From: Candidatus Methylomirabilota bacterium
GTDB lineage: Bacteria > Methylomirabilota > Methylomirabilia > Methylomirabilales > Methylomirabilaceae
Reading direction: 5' to 3'
Length of the DNA stretch: 64,000 nucleotides
Assembly: GCA_028870115.1 (NCBI GenBank)
Contig: JAGWQH010000096.1
Location: 1,242-65,241 of the forward strand
Numbering within the stretch: the stretch's first letter is position 1; every line of letters starts with the position of its first letter. Shown here in pieces: positions 22,543-33,266 of this stretch. Both the position numbers and the translations under genes were made by a program. The notes under the pieces are model-generated. The model did not search any database and was not told where the DNA came from. It was given only the letters and a program-made list of their open reading frames with translations.

Positions 22543-23654
22543 TTACGGGGAGCATAATATATCTTGCCGTCAGGCGGTCGCATACCGGACTGAATCTTTG
22601 TGAAAAGAGCGGCTGACAACATCGGGTTGGCGTTGACAACCACGGAGGAAGCCTCGCACGGTCGACACCAGTTCCGACGGGGACCCGGCACGTCGACGAC
22701 CAACGACATTGCTTTTCACATCCTGGTTGAGCATCTCATCGGGATTGAGGTCGGGACTGTAGCTGGGCAGGCGGAACAGTTCGATCCTTGTGGCATGTGC
22801 GCGCACCCATCGCGTGACGCGTGCGGCCCGGTGCACCGGATGGCCGTCCACGATCAGGAACACCTTCTGTGGCACCTGACGGACCAATCGCGTGAGGAAG
22901 TTCAGGAACACCCGATCGTTAAACCGCTCACGAAAGACCATGAAGTTCAGGCGACCCCGGTTGGTGATGGCGGAGATCATGTTGCAGCCGAACCGCTGTC
23001 CCGTTCCAGGGATGACCGGCGTCTGCCCCCGGCGCCCGTACGACCGTCCCGCCACCTGGTCGGACCGCACCCCCATCTCGTCTCCCCAGTACAGCTCGGC
23101 GCCCTCTCGCGTTGCCCGCGACCGGATCGCCGGGTACTCCTCGTCCAGCCACCGGCGCACCTGTTCCGAATTCTGCTCAACGGCCCGACGCACCGGCTTC
23201 TGCGGGGTACACCCCCACTGCGCCAGATAGCGCCCCACCGTCCAGACCGACAGCTGGATGTCGAACCGATCCGTGATCAGGCGCCCCACGGCTTCCCGCG
23301 TCCACAGAGAGCACGGCAGTTTCAATTGGTCCGGCGTCCGATCCGTGATCGACCGGACGATCTGGGCCGCCTGCCAGGGACGCAGCGTGCCGCCCTTCGG
23401 ACGTCCCCGCTGCTTGGCCTTGAGCGATCGAAGGCCCCCACGTTGATGCGCCTTGACCCAGAGCCCGACTGTCTGCCGGGGCACGCCGAAGATCCCAGCG
23501 ACCTCGACCTGGGTATGTCCTGCCAGAACCGCTTTGACCGCCCGGATGCGAAGGCTTTCCTGGGCCGAAGGAGAGAGCGTGCGCGTGTCGATTTTCATGC
23601 ATCACGCGTACACCATCCGTTACCGTAATGCAATATATATTATGCTCTGCGTAA
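22543..23654 (-). mobile_element. IS630-family insertion sequence (1112 bp)
   Basis: 25-bp terminal IRs (22543-22567 / 23630-23654, 3 mismatches) flanked by TA at 22541-2 and 23655-6. Confidence 0.92.
22570..23598 (-). CDS. IS630 transposase (intact DDE)
   Basis: HTH and winged-HTH (LWT, WG.TPQKP); catalytic WGDE, IVDGH, LPSYSPDLNPDE. Confidence 0.96.
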   Translation of the reverse strand: MKIDTRTLSPSAQESLRIRAVKAVLAGHTQVEVAGIFGVPRQTVGLWVKAHQRGGLRSLKAKQRGRPKGGTLRPWQAAQIVRSITDRTPDQLKLPCSLWTREAVGRLITDRFDIQLSVWTVGRYLAQWGCTPQKPVRRAVEQNSEQVRRWLDEEYPAIRSRATREGAELYWGDEMGVRSDQVAGRSYGRRGQTPVIPGTGQRFGCNMISAITNRGRLNFMVFRERFNDRVFLNFLTRLVRQVPQKVFLIVDGHPVHRAARVTRWVRAHATRIELFRLPSYSPDLNPDEMLNQDVKSNVVGRRRAGSPSELVSTVRGFLRGCQRQPDVVSRSFHKDSVRYATA

Positions 23655-23857
23655 TAAGAGGATACCCGCTTAAGTAACACGGGGGGCGGAAAATACGGCA
23701 AGGGTGGATTGGATAGTGAGAAAGTCGGAGAAACAAATATCAGATCCTACTCTGGACTCTTGGAATACAGCGGGTGCGGAATGCTATTACAACGGGCACA
23801 ATTCGGGAGAGAAAGAGTTTATGAATCGAGGGAGGGTGAGATAAGCACCGGAATAAA

Positions 23858-23944
23858 TGGTGCCGGGGGCGGGAGTCGAACCCGCATGAGCCGAAGCCCG
23901 CAGGATTTTAAGTCCCGAGCGTCTCCCAGTTCCGCCACCCCGGC
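23858..23944 (-). tRNA. tRNA-Leu (TAA)
   Basis: Cloverleaf GCCGGGG...CCCCGGC-A-CCA, anticodon loop CT-TAA-AA, long variable arm, GGTTCGACTCC. Confidence 0.97.
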
Positions 23945-23959
23945 AAGGTCTTACTCGCG

Positions 23960-24229
23960 CTACTCGGACTGGCGACGGCGCAGCTTTTCTTTCAGCTCGT
24001 CCGGTGCTTTCGTAACCACGATATTCCCGGACCGGACGACATAGACCGGCTGATCCGCCTGGGTATCGAATTGGTCCGTGCGGATGATCTCAGTGACCAC
24101 CAGCTTCACACGGATCCGGCTTCCGTCCTCGGTTTCGTACTCGTTCCACTCCTCGCGCATCGTCCGGAAATCGAGGTCGACCCCGCCAACAGTCTCAGTG
24201 CCAAGTTGAACCTTGGTACGCTTCGCCAT
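23960..24229 (-). CDS. Conserved-looking small hypothetical protein (89 aa)
   Basis: Protein-like composition (EEWNEYETEDGSRIRVKLVV), SD-like GAAGGGG, tight spacing. Confidence 0.7.
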   Translation of the reverse strand: MAKRTKVQLGTETVGGVDLDFRTMREEWNEYETEDGSRIRVKLVVTEIIRTDQFDTQADQPVYVVRSGNIVVTKAPDELKEKLRRRQSE

Positions 24230-24248
24230 GCGCCATCCCCTTCTTTCG

Positions 24249-24686
24249 TTATAGTCCGCCGCGAACCAGCGGCTGAAGCTTCCTCCACTGCTCCGGTGTC
24301 AGTATTGCCTTCCCCTTCTCGATGGTCCTGATCCGACCCACACGGAGATCAGTCCGAAGTGCCTCTATCTTCCGCATCCTGGCCTCCACCTGCGCCAGGT
24401 CGATCGGCTCTCTGCTGAACAATCGCTGCAGCTCCTGTTCCATTCGTTGAAGCTCTGCGGCCTGCAGCTCGGCCTGTCGCTGGAAATCGCTGCGAAGACG
24501 GTCTAAAGCCTGGATCTGTGCAGGCGTGAGCGAGAGATCTCGGGCGTGCCACAGCATCAGGGTGATGAGGGGGAGTTGCTCCATGGGGCCTGGACGGCCT
24601 AGTGGTTCGCCCTCGAACGGGGTAGGCGGCTGAATCGACGTACAACCGATGACGGTTGTCAGTGACAGGATAACAGCCCACAACAA
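24249..24686 (-). CDS. Spy/CpxP-like periplasmic (lipo)protein
   Basis: Hydrophobic leader ending VIGC, LSLTPAQIQAL and ILTPEQW (LTxxQ motifs); start uncertain (TTG 24686). Confidence 0.75.
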   Translation of the reverse strand: MLWAVILSLTTVIGCTSIQPPTPFEGEPLGRPGPMEQLPLITLMLWHARDLSLTPAQIQALDRLRSDFQRQAELQAAELQRMEQELQRLFSREPIDLAQVEARMRKIEALRTDLRVGRIRTIEKGKAILTPEQWRKLQPLVRGGL

Positions 24687-24699
24687 GTGTCGGATCGAG

Positions 24700-24775
24700 T
24701 GGAGGCGGCGGGCGGACTCGAACCGCCGAATAAAGGTTTTGCAGACCTCTGCCTTAGCCACTTGGCTACGCCGCC
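24700..24775 (-). tRNA. tRNA-Cys (GCA)
   Basis: GGCGGCG acceptor, CT-GCA-AA loop, GGTTCGAGTCC, CCA end. Confidence 0.97.
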
Positions 24776-24902
24776 GCAAGACAGGCAATGATGACGTGAT
24801 CCAGCAATTGAGCCAGCAGGAAATCATAGGTGGGTACGGCCTTGGGCAACATACCGATTACATTATGTATTTGTTTGATAACGGTTTCCCAGGTCGCAAG
24901 GT

Positions 24903-24977
24903 TGGAGCGGGAAACGGGATTTGAACCCGCGACCCTCGCCTTGGCAAGGCGATGCTCTACCGCTGAGCTATTCCCGC
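24903..24977 (-). tRNA. tRNA-Gly (GCC)
   Basis: GCGGGAA acceptor, TT-GCC-AA loop, GGTTCAAATCC, CCA end. Confidence 0.98.
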
Positions 24978-25037
24978 ATCCGCAAAAAGACTATAGCGTC
25001 GGCGGTCCTCGCTGTCAAACGAAATTCGATGGGCCGG

Positions 25038-26102
25038 CTAGACCGATAGAAGCTTCTGCACAGCCTCGGGATCGGCCTTTACCGTGACAGGCTGCTGCGA
25101 GAGACGGATCGCAGCATCGGGTTCTTTCAGGCCGTGCCCGGTGAGCACGCACACCACAACCGCATCCTTCGGGAGACGATTCGACCGGCAATATTTGATG
25201 AGCCCGGCCACCGACGCCGCCGAGGCCAACTCGCAGAAGACCCCTTCCACAGAGGCCAAGAGACGATACGCGTCGGTGATCTCGCTGTCAGAAACCATAT
25301 CAATCCGTCCGCCGGACTCGGCAGCAGCAGCTACCGCCCCATGCCAGCTTGCCGGGTTGCCGATCCGGATGGCTGTGGCGACGGTCTCCGGCTGCTCGAC
25401 CACCTTCCCCAGGACGATCGGCGCCGCGCCTTCCGCCTGCCATCCCATCATCTTTGGTAGCGAGGTGATCTGTCCGGCCTTGAAATATTCCTGATACCCC
25501 TTCCAGTACGCGGTGATATTACCCGCGTTGCCAACCGGTGTAAAGTGGTAGTCCGGGCTCCGCCCGAGCCGCTCGCAAACCTCAAAGGCGGCGCTCTTCT
25601 GTCCCTCGATCCGATACGGGTTCACGGAGTTGACCAACACAATGGGCTGATCTGCAGCGATCCGCCTCACGATCTGCAGGGCTTGGTCGAAGTTGCCCTC
25701 GATCTGCAGCACCTGCGCACCATGGATCATCGCCTGAGCCAGCTTGCCCAGCGCGATCTTCCCCTCAGGGATCAGCACAAAGGCGCGCAGTCCTGCTCGA
25801 GCCGCGTATGCCGCGGCAGAGGCCGAGGTATTCCCGGTCGAGGCGCAGATGACGGCCCTGGCCCCTTCCTCCACCGCCTTGCTGATGGCGAGAGTCATCC
25901 CTCTGTCCTTGAAGGAGCCGGTTGGATTGAGCCCCTCATACTTCAAATATATCTCTGCCTCAATCTTAAGCGCAGCTTGGAGCCGTTCGGCGCGCACGAG
26001 CGGTGTATTTCCCTCGCCCAGGGTGACGACCGGCGTTCGATCGGTCACAGGCAAAAACGCCCGGTACTGCTCGATAATCCCCTTCCAGCTCATCGTCTTC
26101 AT
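25038..26102 (-). CDS. thrC: Threonine synthase
   Basis: [40 protein letters not shown]. Confidence 0.97.
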   Translation of the reverse strand: MKTMSWKGIIEQYRAFLPVTDRTPVVTLGEGNTPLVRAERLQAALKIEAEIYLKYEGLNPTGSFKDRGMTLAISKAVEEGARAVICASTGNTSASAAAYAARAGLRAFVLIPEGKIALGKLAQAMIHGAQVLQIEGNFDQALQIVRRIAADQPIVLVNSVNPYRIEGQKSAAFEVCERLGRSPDYHFTPVGNAGNITAYWKGYQEYFKAGQITSLPKMMGWQAEGAAPIVLGKVVEQPETVATAIRIGNPASWHGAVAAAAESGGRIDMVSDSEITDAYRLLASVEGVFCELASAASVAGLIKYCRSNRLPKDAVVVCVLTGHGLKEPDAAIRLSQQPVTVKADPEAVQKLLSV

Positions 26103-26109
26103 AGTTGGC

Positions 26110-27414
26110 TCAATCGGTGACTCCCTCGACCCTGAGGCACACGGTCTCTTCACTCACCACATCGAGTTGGTCGATGGCGCGAAGCGACCGTTGCATATCG
26201 CCCTCTACCGCCTCATGGGTCAACATGACAATCGGCACAGCGCTCTGTTCATGACGTCCTTTTTGGATGACGGAGACGATGCTGATGTTATTGCTGCCCA
26301 GGATTCCGGTGACCCTCGATAGGACCCCTGGCTTGTCGATCGCCATGATCCTGAGATAGTAACAGGAGCGAACGGCCGCCATCTCCTTGACCTCGGCCTC
26401 CGCCTCCGAGATCTGCGGAGGCGGAACACCCCTTGCGCCAGGATCGTGCAGCAGGCCTCTGGCGATCTCGGCGATGTCGCTGACGACGGCAGAAGCGGTC
26501 GGCATCTGGCCTGCCCCGCGCCCGTAGAACATCAGCGAGCCCACGGCATCGCCGACGACATAGACGGCGTTGTGAACGCCACCGACCGACGCCAACAGGT
26601 CATCCTCTGGGATGAGCGCCGGATGTACCCTCGCCTCCAACTCGCCATTCAGCTGCTTGGCGATCGCCAACAGCTTGATCCGATATCCCAACTCGCGCGC
26701 GTATTCGATGTCGGAGGCATCGATCTGCCGGATCCCCTCGACGTACATCCTGTTGAGGGGCACATAGGCCCCGAACGCCAGCGTCGCCAGAATCTGCAGC
26801 TTGTGTGCGGAGTCGATCCCGTCCACGTCCAAAGACGGATTCGCCTCGGCATAGCCGTGGACTTGGGCCTCGGCCAACACCTCAGCAAACGGCCTCTTGC
26901 TGTCCGTCATCGTCGTGAGGATGTAATTACAGGTGCCGTTCACGATGCCGACGATCGAACGGACCCGATCGGCGACCAGCCCCTCCTTCATAGCCCGGAT
27001 CAGCGGAATACCGCCGCAGACGCTGGCCTCAAACCCGATCGATACCCGGCGTGCCGCTGCAGTCCGATACAGTTCAAGCCCGTGGGTAGACAACAACGCC
27101 TTATTGGCCGTCACCAGATGCTTACCCCTGGCCAGCGCCTCCCGGCAAAACCTGAGCGCGACATCACAGCCCCCGATCAACTCCACAATGATGTCGATGG
27201 CGGGGTCTTCCAGCACGGCCATCGCATCGGTGGTCAGTATGGTCGGGTCCACGTCAACGTTTCGCCGTCGTTGGATATCGGTATCGGCGATCCGACGGAT
27301 GACGACCTGCCCGCCGAGCCGTTGCTCCAGGAGGGCCCTGTTTTCCTGAATCAGCTTCACCACCCCGGAGCCTACGGTCCCGAACCCCAAGATACCGATC
27401 TGTACCGATTTCAT
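26110..27414 (-). CDS. hom: Homoserine dehydrogenase (with ACT domain)
   Basis: [40 protein letters not shown]-terminal DKPGVL. Confidence 0.98.
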   Translation of the reverse strand: MKSVQIGILGFGTVGSGVVKLIQENRALLEQRLGGQVVIRRIADTDIQRRRNVDVDPTILTTDAMAVLEDPAIDIIVELIGGCDVALRFCREALARGKHLVTANKALLSTHGLELYRTAAARRVSIGFEASVCGGIPLIRAMKEGLVADRVRSIVGIVNGTCNYILTTMTDSKRPFAEVLAEAQVHGYAEANPSLDVDGIDSAHKLQILATLAFGAYVPLNRMYVEGIRQIDASDIEYARELGYRIKLLAIAKQLNGELEARVHPALIPEDDLLASVGGVHNAVYVVGDAVGSLMFYGRGAGQMPTASAVVSDIAEIARGLLHDPGARGVPPPQISEAEAEVKEMAAVRSCYYLRIMAIDKPGVLSRVTGILGSNNISIVSVIQKGRHEQSAVPIVMLTHEAVEGDMQRSLRAIDQLDVVSEETVCLRVEGVTD

Positions 27415-27431
27415 CGTACCTCGCTCCTGCC

Positions 27432-29648
27432 TTACGCGCCCAGTGCCGGCGCCAACCCGCCTCGCCAGGCGGCCTCGACCTCTGCCAGAGAAAGTTCAAC
27501 CCCGCATGCCGGGGCGCGAAGCTTCAATCTGGTCCCCCCGACCGTTCCAAGACGCGCCACAGGGACCTGGTACGCCGCTGCGATCTTCTCCAGTCTCGGC
27601 CAGTCGGACGGCTTGAGGGACACGACGATCCGGGATTGTGATTCCCCGAAGAGCAACGCATCGGGGCGAATCGCGTCCGTCAGTTGAACATCGACACCGA
27701 TCGGCGTCGCCCCCAGGCACGACTCCGCCAGCGCAACGGCCAGCCCGCCCTCCGAGCAGTCATGCGCCGAACTGATGATCCCCGCTCGAATCGCCTCGCG
27801 ACAGGCGCGCTGCACGGCCTGCTCCCTGGCCAGGTCCAACGAGGGGGGCGCGCCTTGAACCAACCCGAACCGGATCGCCAGGTATTCGCTCGCCCCCAGC
27901 TCTTCCCGCGTCTCGCCCAACAGCACCACCAGATCCCCTTCAGCCTTGAACCACTGGCCTGTCGCGTAGCTCACATCGTCCAGGAGGCCGACCATCCCGA
28001 TCATGGGCGTAGGAAAGATCGCCTGTCCAGATGTCTCATTGTATAAGCTCACGTTACCGCCGGTGACGGGGGTCTGCAAGGCCCGGCAGGCCTCGCCGAT
28101 TCCTTTGACCGCCTCAACGAACTGCCACATGATCTCCGGGCGCTCCGGATTGCCGAAGTTCAGGCAGTTGGTGATGGCGAGCGGCTCGCCGCCGGCGCAG
28201 ACGACGTTTCTGGCTGCCTCGGCGACGGCGATCATGGCTCCCCGATAGGGATCCACCGTGCAGTAGCGGTCATTGCCGTCAACGGAAAGCGCAATGGCGC
28301 GTGTGCCTCCGGCCAGTCGCAGGACGACGGCGTCCGATCCCGGCCCGACAATCGTGCCCAGGAACAGCATGTGGTCATAGCGCTCCCAGATCCGTTCCTT
28401 GCAGCAGAGGTTTGGCGACCGCAACAGCTCCAACAGGACAGCCGAATAGTCGTCAGGGAGTGGGAGGCGATCCAGGTCGAGCCGTTGCCACGCATCGGCC
28501 TCGACGGGACGGAGGCTCGGCCGGTGATACGCGGGCGCCTCGGATGCCAGGGCGTCGGCCGGAATCTCTGCCACCGGCCTACCATGGTCCAGGACCCGCA
28601 GCAACTCCCCCTCGGTTACCCGCCCGATGACAGCCGCATCGAGATCCCACTTCTCAAAGGCGGTTCGAACCCGCTCCTCGCTTCCCGCTTTTGCGACCAC
28701 GAGCATCCGCTCCTGCGACTCCGAGAGCATCAGCTCGTAGGCCGTCATTCCCGGTTCTCGCCGGGGGACGTGGGCGAGGTCAATCTCGATCCCGGTACCG
28801 CCGCGGCTCGCCATCTCGGCGGTCGCGCAGGTCAATCCCGCCGCCCCCATATCCTGGACCGCAACCAAGTCGTCCCCCTCCATCAACTCCAGGCAGGCCT
28901 CGATCAACAACTTTTCGCGAAAGGGGTCACCAACCTGGACGGTCGGCCTTCTCGCCTCGGCTCCCTCATCGAAGACGCCGGAGGCCATCGTGGCGCCATG
29001 GATCCCGTCGCGTCCGGTCTTGGCCCCAACGTAGATCACCGGGTTCCCAATTCCACCGGCCCCGGAAAAGAACAGCCGATCTTTCCGCGCGATCCCGACG
29101 CACAGCACGTTCACCAGCGGGTTGCCGCTATACGGCTCGGCGAAGCACGCCTCTCCGCCCACGGTCGGCACGCCCACCGCATTCCCGTACCCGGCAATGC
29201 CGGCCACCACACGGCCGAACAGGTAGCGGTTCTTCGGATCGGTCAGCGGTCCGAAGCGGAGCGAATCACAGAGCGCAATCGGCCGCGCCCCCATAGTGAA
29301 GATATCCCGGATAATTCCCCCTACGCCTGTGGCTGCTCCCTGGTACGGCTCGATAAAGGACGGGTGGTTATGGCTTTCCATCTTGAAGACCAGCGCCAGC
29401 CCGTCCCCGATGTCAAGGACACCCGCGTTCTCCCCCGGCCCCTGAAGGATGCGCGGCCCTTCCGTCGGCAGCGTCGCCAGATGCACCCGCGAGCTTTTGT
29501 AGCTGCAGTGTTCCGACCACATCGCACCGAACATCCCCAACTCGACTAGGTTCGGTTCACGACCGATGGTGGCTATGATCCTGTCGTACTCGTCGGTCGT
29601 CAGGCCGTGTGACGCGATCAGATCCGGGGAGACAGCCGATACGGTCAT
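27432..29648 (-). CDS. purL: FGAM synthase subunit PurL
   Basis: [40 protein letters not shown]; start refined to ATG 29648. Confidence 0.98.
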   Translation of the reverse strand: MTVSAVSPDLIASHGLTTDEYDRIIATIGREPNLVELGMFGAMWSEHCSYKSSRVHLATLPTEGPRILQGPGENAGVLDIGDGLALVFKMESHNHPSFIEPYQGAATGVGGIIRDIFTMGARPIALCDSLRFGPLTDPKNRYLFGRVVAGIAGYGNAVGVPTVGGEACFAEPYSGNPLVNVLCVGIARKDRLFFSGAGGIGNPVIYVGAKTGRDGIHGATMASGVFDEGAEARRPTVQVGDPFREKLLIEACLELMEGDDLVAVQDMGAAGLTCATAEMASRGGTGIEIDLAHVPRREPGMTAYELMLSESQERMLVVAKAGSEERVRTAFEKWDLDAAVIGRVTEGELLRVLDHGRPVAEIPADALASEAPAYHRPSLRPVEADAWQRLDLDRLPLPDDYSAVLLELLRSPNLCCKERIWERYDHMLFLGTIVGPGSDAVVLRLAGGTRAIALSVDGNDRYCTVDPYRGAMIAVAEAARNVVCAGGEPLAITNCLNFGNPERPEIMWQFVEAVKGIGEACRALQTPVTGGNVSLYNETSGQAIFPTPMIGMVGLLDDVSYATGQWFKAEGDLVVLLGETREELGASEYLAIRFGLVQGAPPSLDLAREQAVQRACREAIRAGIISSAHDCSEGGLAVALAESCLGATPIGVDVQLTDAIRPDALLFGESQSRIVVSLKPSDWPRLEKIAAAYQVPVARLGTVGGTRLKLRAPACGVELSLAEVEAAWRGGLAPALGA

Positions 29649-29658
29649 AGTCCAAGCC

Positions 29659-30381
29659 TCAGGCCCTGTCCCCGCATGTCGTGAGCGGGGAGCGGACGAA
29701 GCTGTCAAGGATCGACGCGAACATCAGGCCGCCATCTTCAGAGCCCAGGATCGGTTCGGCGGCCCGCTCCGGATGCGGCATCAATCCGAGAACATTGCGG
29801 CGTTCGTTGCAGATGCCGGCGATAGAATCCAGCGACCCGTTCGGGTTCGCATCGTCCGCGAGCGCCCCCGTCGCATCACAGTAGCGAAAGATAACCTGAT
29901 CACCGTCCACCAGCCTTTTCCACCCCACCTGGTCGATATAGTATCGCCCGTCGCCGTGCGAAATCGGCATCCGCACCACCTGTCCCGGTTGCATGGCAGA
30001 CGTAAAGGGAGTCTGCCGGCTCTCCGTCCTCAGGTGGACCCATCGACACCGGTAGTGCAGGCAATCGTTAGGCAACAGCGCGCCCGGCAGCAGTCCCGCC
30101 TCGGTTAAGATTTGAAACCCGTTGCAACTGCCAAGGACCGGGCCGCCTGCGTCCGCAAAGGCCGCCACTGCGCCCATGACAGGGGACAGTCGCGCGATGG
30201 CACCCGACCGCAGATAGTCACCATGCGCGAATCCGCCCGGGAGGATCACGCAATCCACACCGTGAAGATTGGCCTCCTTATGCCAGAGGTAGCAGGCCTC
30301 CTCCTTCAGGACGTTCACAATAACATGGTGGAAGTCCTGGTGACTCCAGGAGCCGGGAAAGACCACAATGCCGAATTTCAT
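29659..30381 (-). CDS. purQ: FGAM synthase subunit PurQ
   Basis: [32 protein letters not shown]. Confidence 0.97.
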   Translation of the reverse strand: MKFGIVVFPGSWSHQDFHHVIVNVLKEEACYLWHKEANLHGVDCVILPGGFAHGDYLRSGAIARLSPVMGAVAAFADAGGPVLGSCNGFQILTEAGLLPGALLPNDCLHYRCRWVHLRTESRQTPFTSAMQPGQVVRMPISHGDGRYYIDQVGWKRLVDGDQVIFRYCDATGALADDANPNGSLDSIAGICNERRNVLGLMPHPERAAEPILGSEDGGLMFASILDSFVRSPLTTCGDRA

Positions 30382-30632
30382 CCGGTGGCCCCCTCCAACT
30401 CGAAGCAGTAGTCTTCAATCACCGGATTGGCGAGCAGCCGCCTGCACATCTCATCAACCTGCGCAGTCGCCTGCTCCTTCGTGAGACTGTTCAGCGTCAG
30501 CACCATGAACTTTCCGACCCGTACGTCCGCCAGCCCCTTAAACCCCAGCGTCTCAAGGGCCGATCGTACCGTGTCTCCCTGGGCGTCGAGGACACCAGGC
30601 TTCAAGGTCACATAAATCTTCGCAGTCAACAT
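30378..30632 (-). CDS. purS: FGAM synthase subunit PurS
   Basis: LKPGVLDAQG, VRVGK, LLANPVIEDY. Confidence 0.97.
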   Translation of the reverse strand: MLTAKIYVTLKPGVLDAQGDTVRSALETLGFKGLADVRVGKFMVLTLNSLTKEQATAQVDEMCRRLLANPVIEDYCFELEGATG

Positions 30633-30633
30633 C

Positions 30634-30675
30634 TTTGAGTTTTCAGTTTTTAGTCTTGAGTGTTCAGTTTCGAGT
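30634..30675. repeat. Six tandem heptamers (NTTNAGT)
   Basis: TTTGAGT TTTCAGT TTTTAGT CTTGAGT GTTCAGT TTCGAGT. Confidence 0.8.
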
Positions 30676-30692
30676 AGTAATGTCTAACGTCG

Positions 30693-31985
30693 TTAGAGAC
30701 CTACACGCGCAAAGATGTCATCCAGATGTCGCAGATGATAGCCCAGGTCAAAGCAGCTTTCAACCTCGTCAGGCGAGAGATGCCGGCAAATCTCCGGGTC
30801 GGCCAGCAGAAGCGGCTTGAACGGTTCACCCGACTCCCACGCCCGCATGGCGTGCCGCTGCACCAGCCGGTAGCCTTCTTCCCTGGTAAGCCCCTTGCCA
30901 ACCAGCGCGAGTAACACGGCCTCAGAAAACACCAGCCCCCCCGTCATCTCCAGGTTGCGACGCATTCGATCCGGATAGACCCGCAGTCCCTCAAGAACCT
31001 CTCGGAACCGGACCAGAAGGTAGTCAAGCAGGATGGTCGCATCGGGCAGAATCACCCGTTCCACGGATGAGTGGCTGATGTCGCGCTCGTGCCATAACGG
31101 CACGTTCTCCAGGCCAGACTGGGCGTAACTTCTCAGCAATCTCGCTAGTCCGGACACCTGTTCACAGGCAACCGGGTTCCGCTTGTGAGGCATGGCTGAA
31201 GAACCCTTCTGTCCTTCGACAAACGGCTCCTCGACCTCACGCACCTCAGTCCGCTGCAGGTGGCGGATCTCCGTGGCGAACTTATCGAGAGAGGTTCCGA
31301 TCAGGGCGAGCGTGAGCACAAATTCAGCGTGTCGATCCCTGGAGAGAATCTGGCTGGAGATCGGCGCCGGCTTCAGCCCGAGCCGGGCGCAGACATGCTG
31401 CTCCACAAACAGCGGCAGGTGGGCGAAGGTCCCGACGGCGCCGGAGAGCTTGCCGTACGCAACGGTCTCCCTGGCCCGGCGGAGGCGATCAAGATTGCGC
31501 TCCACTTCGCAATACCAGAGCGCCAGCTTCAAACCAAAGGTTGTTGGCTCGGCATGGATCCCATGCGTCCGCCCGATCATCATCGTATGCTTATGGCGTC
31601 TGGCGAGGCCGGCGAGCGTTTGAGAGAGCGCCTCCAGGTCTTCCAGCAGAATGCCGGCAGCCTGCTGAAGTTGCACCGCGAGAGCCGTGTCGACGACATC
31701 ATAGGACGTCAGCCCGAAATGAAGGTAGCGCGCCTCCGGGCCGACCCGCTCCGCCACCGCCGAGACAAAGGCGATGACATCGTGGCGAACTTCCCTTTCG
31801 ATCTCCTGGATGCGGTTAAGGTCGAAGCCGGCCCGCTCCTGGATGACAGCTAACGCCTCGCGCGGAACGACGCCCAGCTCGGTCCACGCCTCGCACGCCA
31901 ACAGCTCGATCCGTAACCAGGCGGCGTAGCGGTTCTGCGGTTCCCATACAGAGACCATCCGGGGAAGCGTATAGCGTGGGATCAT
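30693..31985 (-). CDS. purB: Adenylosuccinate lyase
   Basis: HFGLTSYD, GRTHGIHAEPTT, GSSAMPHKRNP, ERDISHSS. Confidence 0.98.
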   Translation of the reverse strand: MIPRYTLPRMVSVWEPQNRYAAWLRIELLACEAWTELGVVPREALAVIQERAGFDLNRIQEIEREVRHDVIAFVSAVAERVGPEARYLHFGLTSYDVVDTALAVQLQQAAGILLEDLEALSQTLAGLARRHKHTMMIGRTHGIHAEPTTFGLKLALWYCEVERNLDRLRRARETVAYGKLSGAVGTFAHLPLFVEQHVCARLGLKPAPISSQILSRDRHAEFVLTLALIGTSLDKFATEIRHLQRTEVREVEEPFVEGQKGSSAMPHKRNPVACEQVSGLARLLRSYAQSGLENVPLWHERDISHSSVERVILPDATILLDYLLVRFREVLEGLRVYPDRMRRNLEMTGGLVFSEAVLLALVGKGLTREEGYRLVQRHAMRAWESGEPFKPLLLADPEICRHLSPDEVESCFDLGYHLRHLDDIFARVGL

Positions 31986-31997
31986 CGGGATTTGTGA

Positions 31998-33251
31998 TCA
32001 AGAGAGGAGGGCCGTCTGAGCGACAGGGCCGATCGTAGTGATGGCAAACGCCTCGTCGCGCAAAATCCTTCTCGTCAGCGACTCGAACTGATTAATGGAC
32101 ACCGCATCGATCCCGGCGATGATTTCTTCCAGGCCATAGGTGCCCTCGAAATAGATCTCTGTCTTGGCAAGGCGAGTCATCCGACTGCTGGTTCCCTCGA
32201 GCCCGAGGAGCAGGCCGCCCTTCAGCTGATCCTTCGCCCGTTGGAGATCGCTGGGATCGACCGGCTGATTCCGCAAGCGGGCGCACTCACCACGAATCAG
32301 GTCCACGACCAGGCCTGAGGACTCCGGATTGGTCCCCGCATAAATGACCAGCAGCCCACAATCACGATATGATGCCTGGTAGGAGTAGATTGAATACGCC
32401 AAACCCCGTTTTTCACGAATCTCCTGAAAGAGTCTGGAGCTCATGCTGCCGCCCAGCATGGCGTTTAACAGGTAGAGCGCATAGCGATCCTGATGCGCAT
32501 GCGGCAGGCCGTCCATGCCGAGGCACAGGTGAAGCTGGGCCGTATCACGCTCCTCCACCCTGACCGCCGCCGTACAACTTGGAGGTGGAAGATCGACGTG
32601 AACGGATCGACCTTCAAACCCATTGAACGCTTGCGCCACCAGCTCCACGAGGTGCTCGTGCTCCAGATCGCCAGCCGCCACCACTACGGTGCGATCAGGA
32701 CGGTAGAAGCGATCCATGTGACAACGGACGTCGTCTTGTGTAAAGGCGCGCACCGTCTCCTTGCGCCCCAGGATCGGTCTAGCCACCGGGTGATCACTCC
32801 AGATCGCCTCCGCAAAGAGGTCGTGGACCAGGTCATCGGGGGTATCCTCCACCATCTTGATCTCCTGAAGAACCACCTCTTGCTCCCGCTCAATATCTTT
32901 GGAATTAAGACTGGAGTGGAGAAAGGTATCAGCCAGGATATCAATGGCCAGAGGCAGGTGCTCGCCCAAAACCTTGGCATAGAAACAGGTGCTCTCGCGA
33001 CTCGTGAAGGCGTCAAGCGTGCCGCCAACGGCGTCAATCGCCCTGGCGATCTCCTGCGCGCTCCGCCGCTGGGTCCCCTTAAAGAGCATGTGCTCGATGA
33101 AATGCGAGACGCCGGCTACCTCTCCCGCCTCGTCCCGCGATCCGACCCGCACCCAGACGCCGATCGTAGCCGACTTGACGGCAGGCATCCGCTCGCTGAG
33201 CACGACCATCCCGTTCGGCAATACCTGGCGATTATAGGAGAGAAGGCTCAT
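31998..33251 (-). CDS. M16-family zinc peptidase
   Basis: GVSHFIEHMLFKGT (HxxEH), LGGSMSSRLFQEIREKRGLAY; usual position after pnp. Confidence 0.95.
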   Translation of the reverse strand: MSLLSYNRQVLPNGMVVLSERMPAVKSATIGVWVRVGSRDEAGEVAGVSHFIEHMLFKGTQRRSAQEIARAIDAVGGTLDAFTSRESTCFYAKVLGEHLPLAIDILADTFLHSSLNSKDIEREQEVVLQEIKMVEDTPDDLVHDLFAEAIWSDHPVARPILGRKETVRAFTQDDVRCHMDRFYRPDRTVVVAAGDLEHEHLVELVAQAFNGFEGRSVHVDLPPPSCTAAVRVEERDTAQLHLCLGMDGLPHAHQDRYALYLLNAMLGGSMSSRLFQEIREKRGLAYSIYSYQASYRDCGLLVIYAGTNPESSGLVVDLIRGECARLRNQPVDPSDLQRAKDQLKGGLLLGLEGTSSRMTRLAKTEIYFEGTYGLEEIIAGIDAVSINQFESLTRRILRDEAFAITTIGPVAQTALLS

Positions 33252-33266
33252 TACTTAGGAGGACCT

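Larger units (their letters stand above)
21676..23857. mobile_element. Integrase-less genomic islet inserted at tRNA-Leu(TAA)
   Basis: Bounded by perfect 55-bp direct repeats; contains hicB-hicA and IS630. Confidence 0.85.

Noticed and set aside
24687-24827. ORF-track extension of the Spy-like gene through tRNA-Cys
   Set aside because: The extension translates the tRNA itself, has no SD and is not protein-like; treated as a chance open frame
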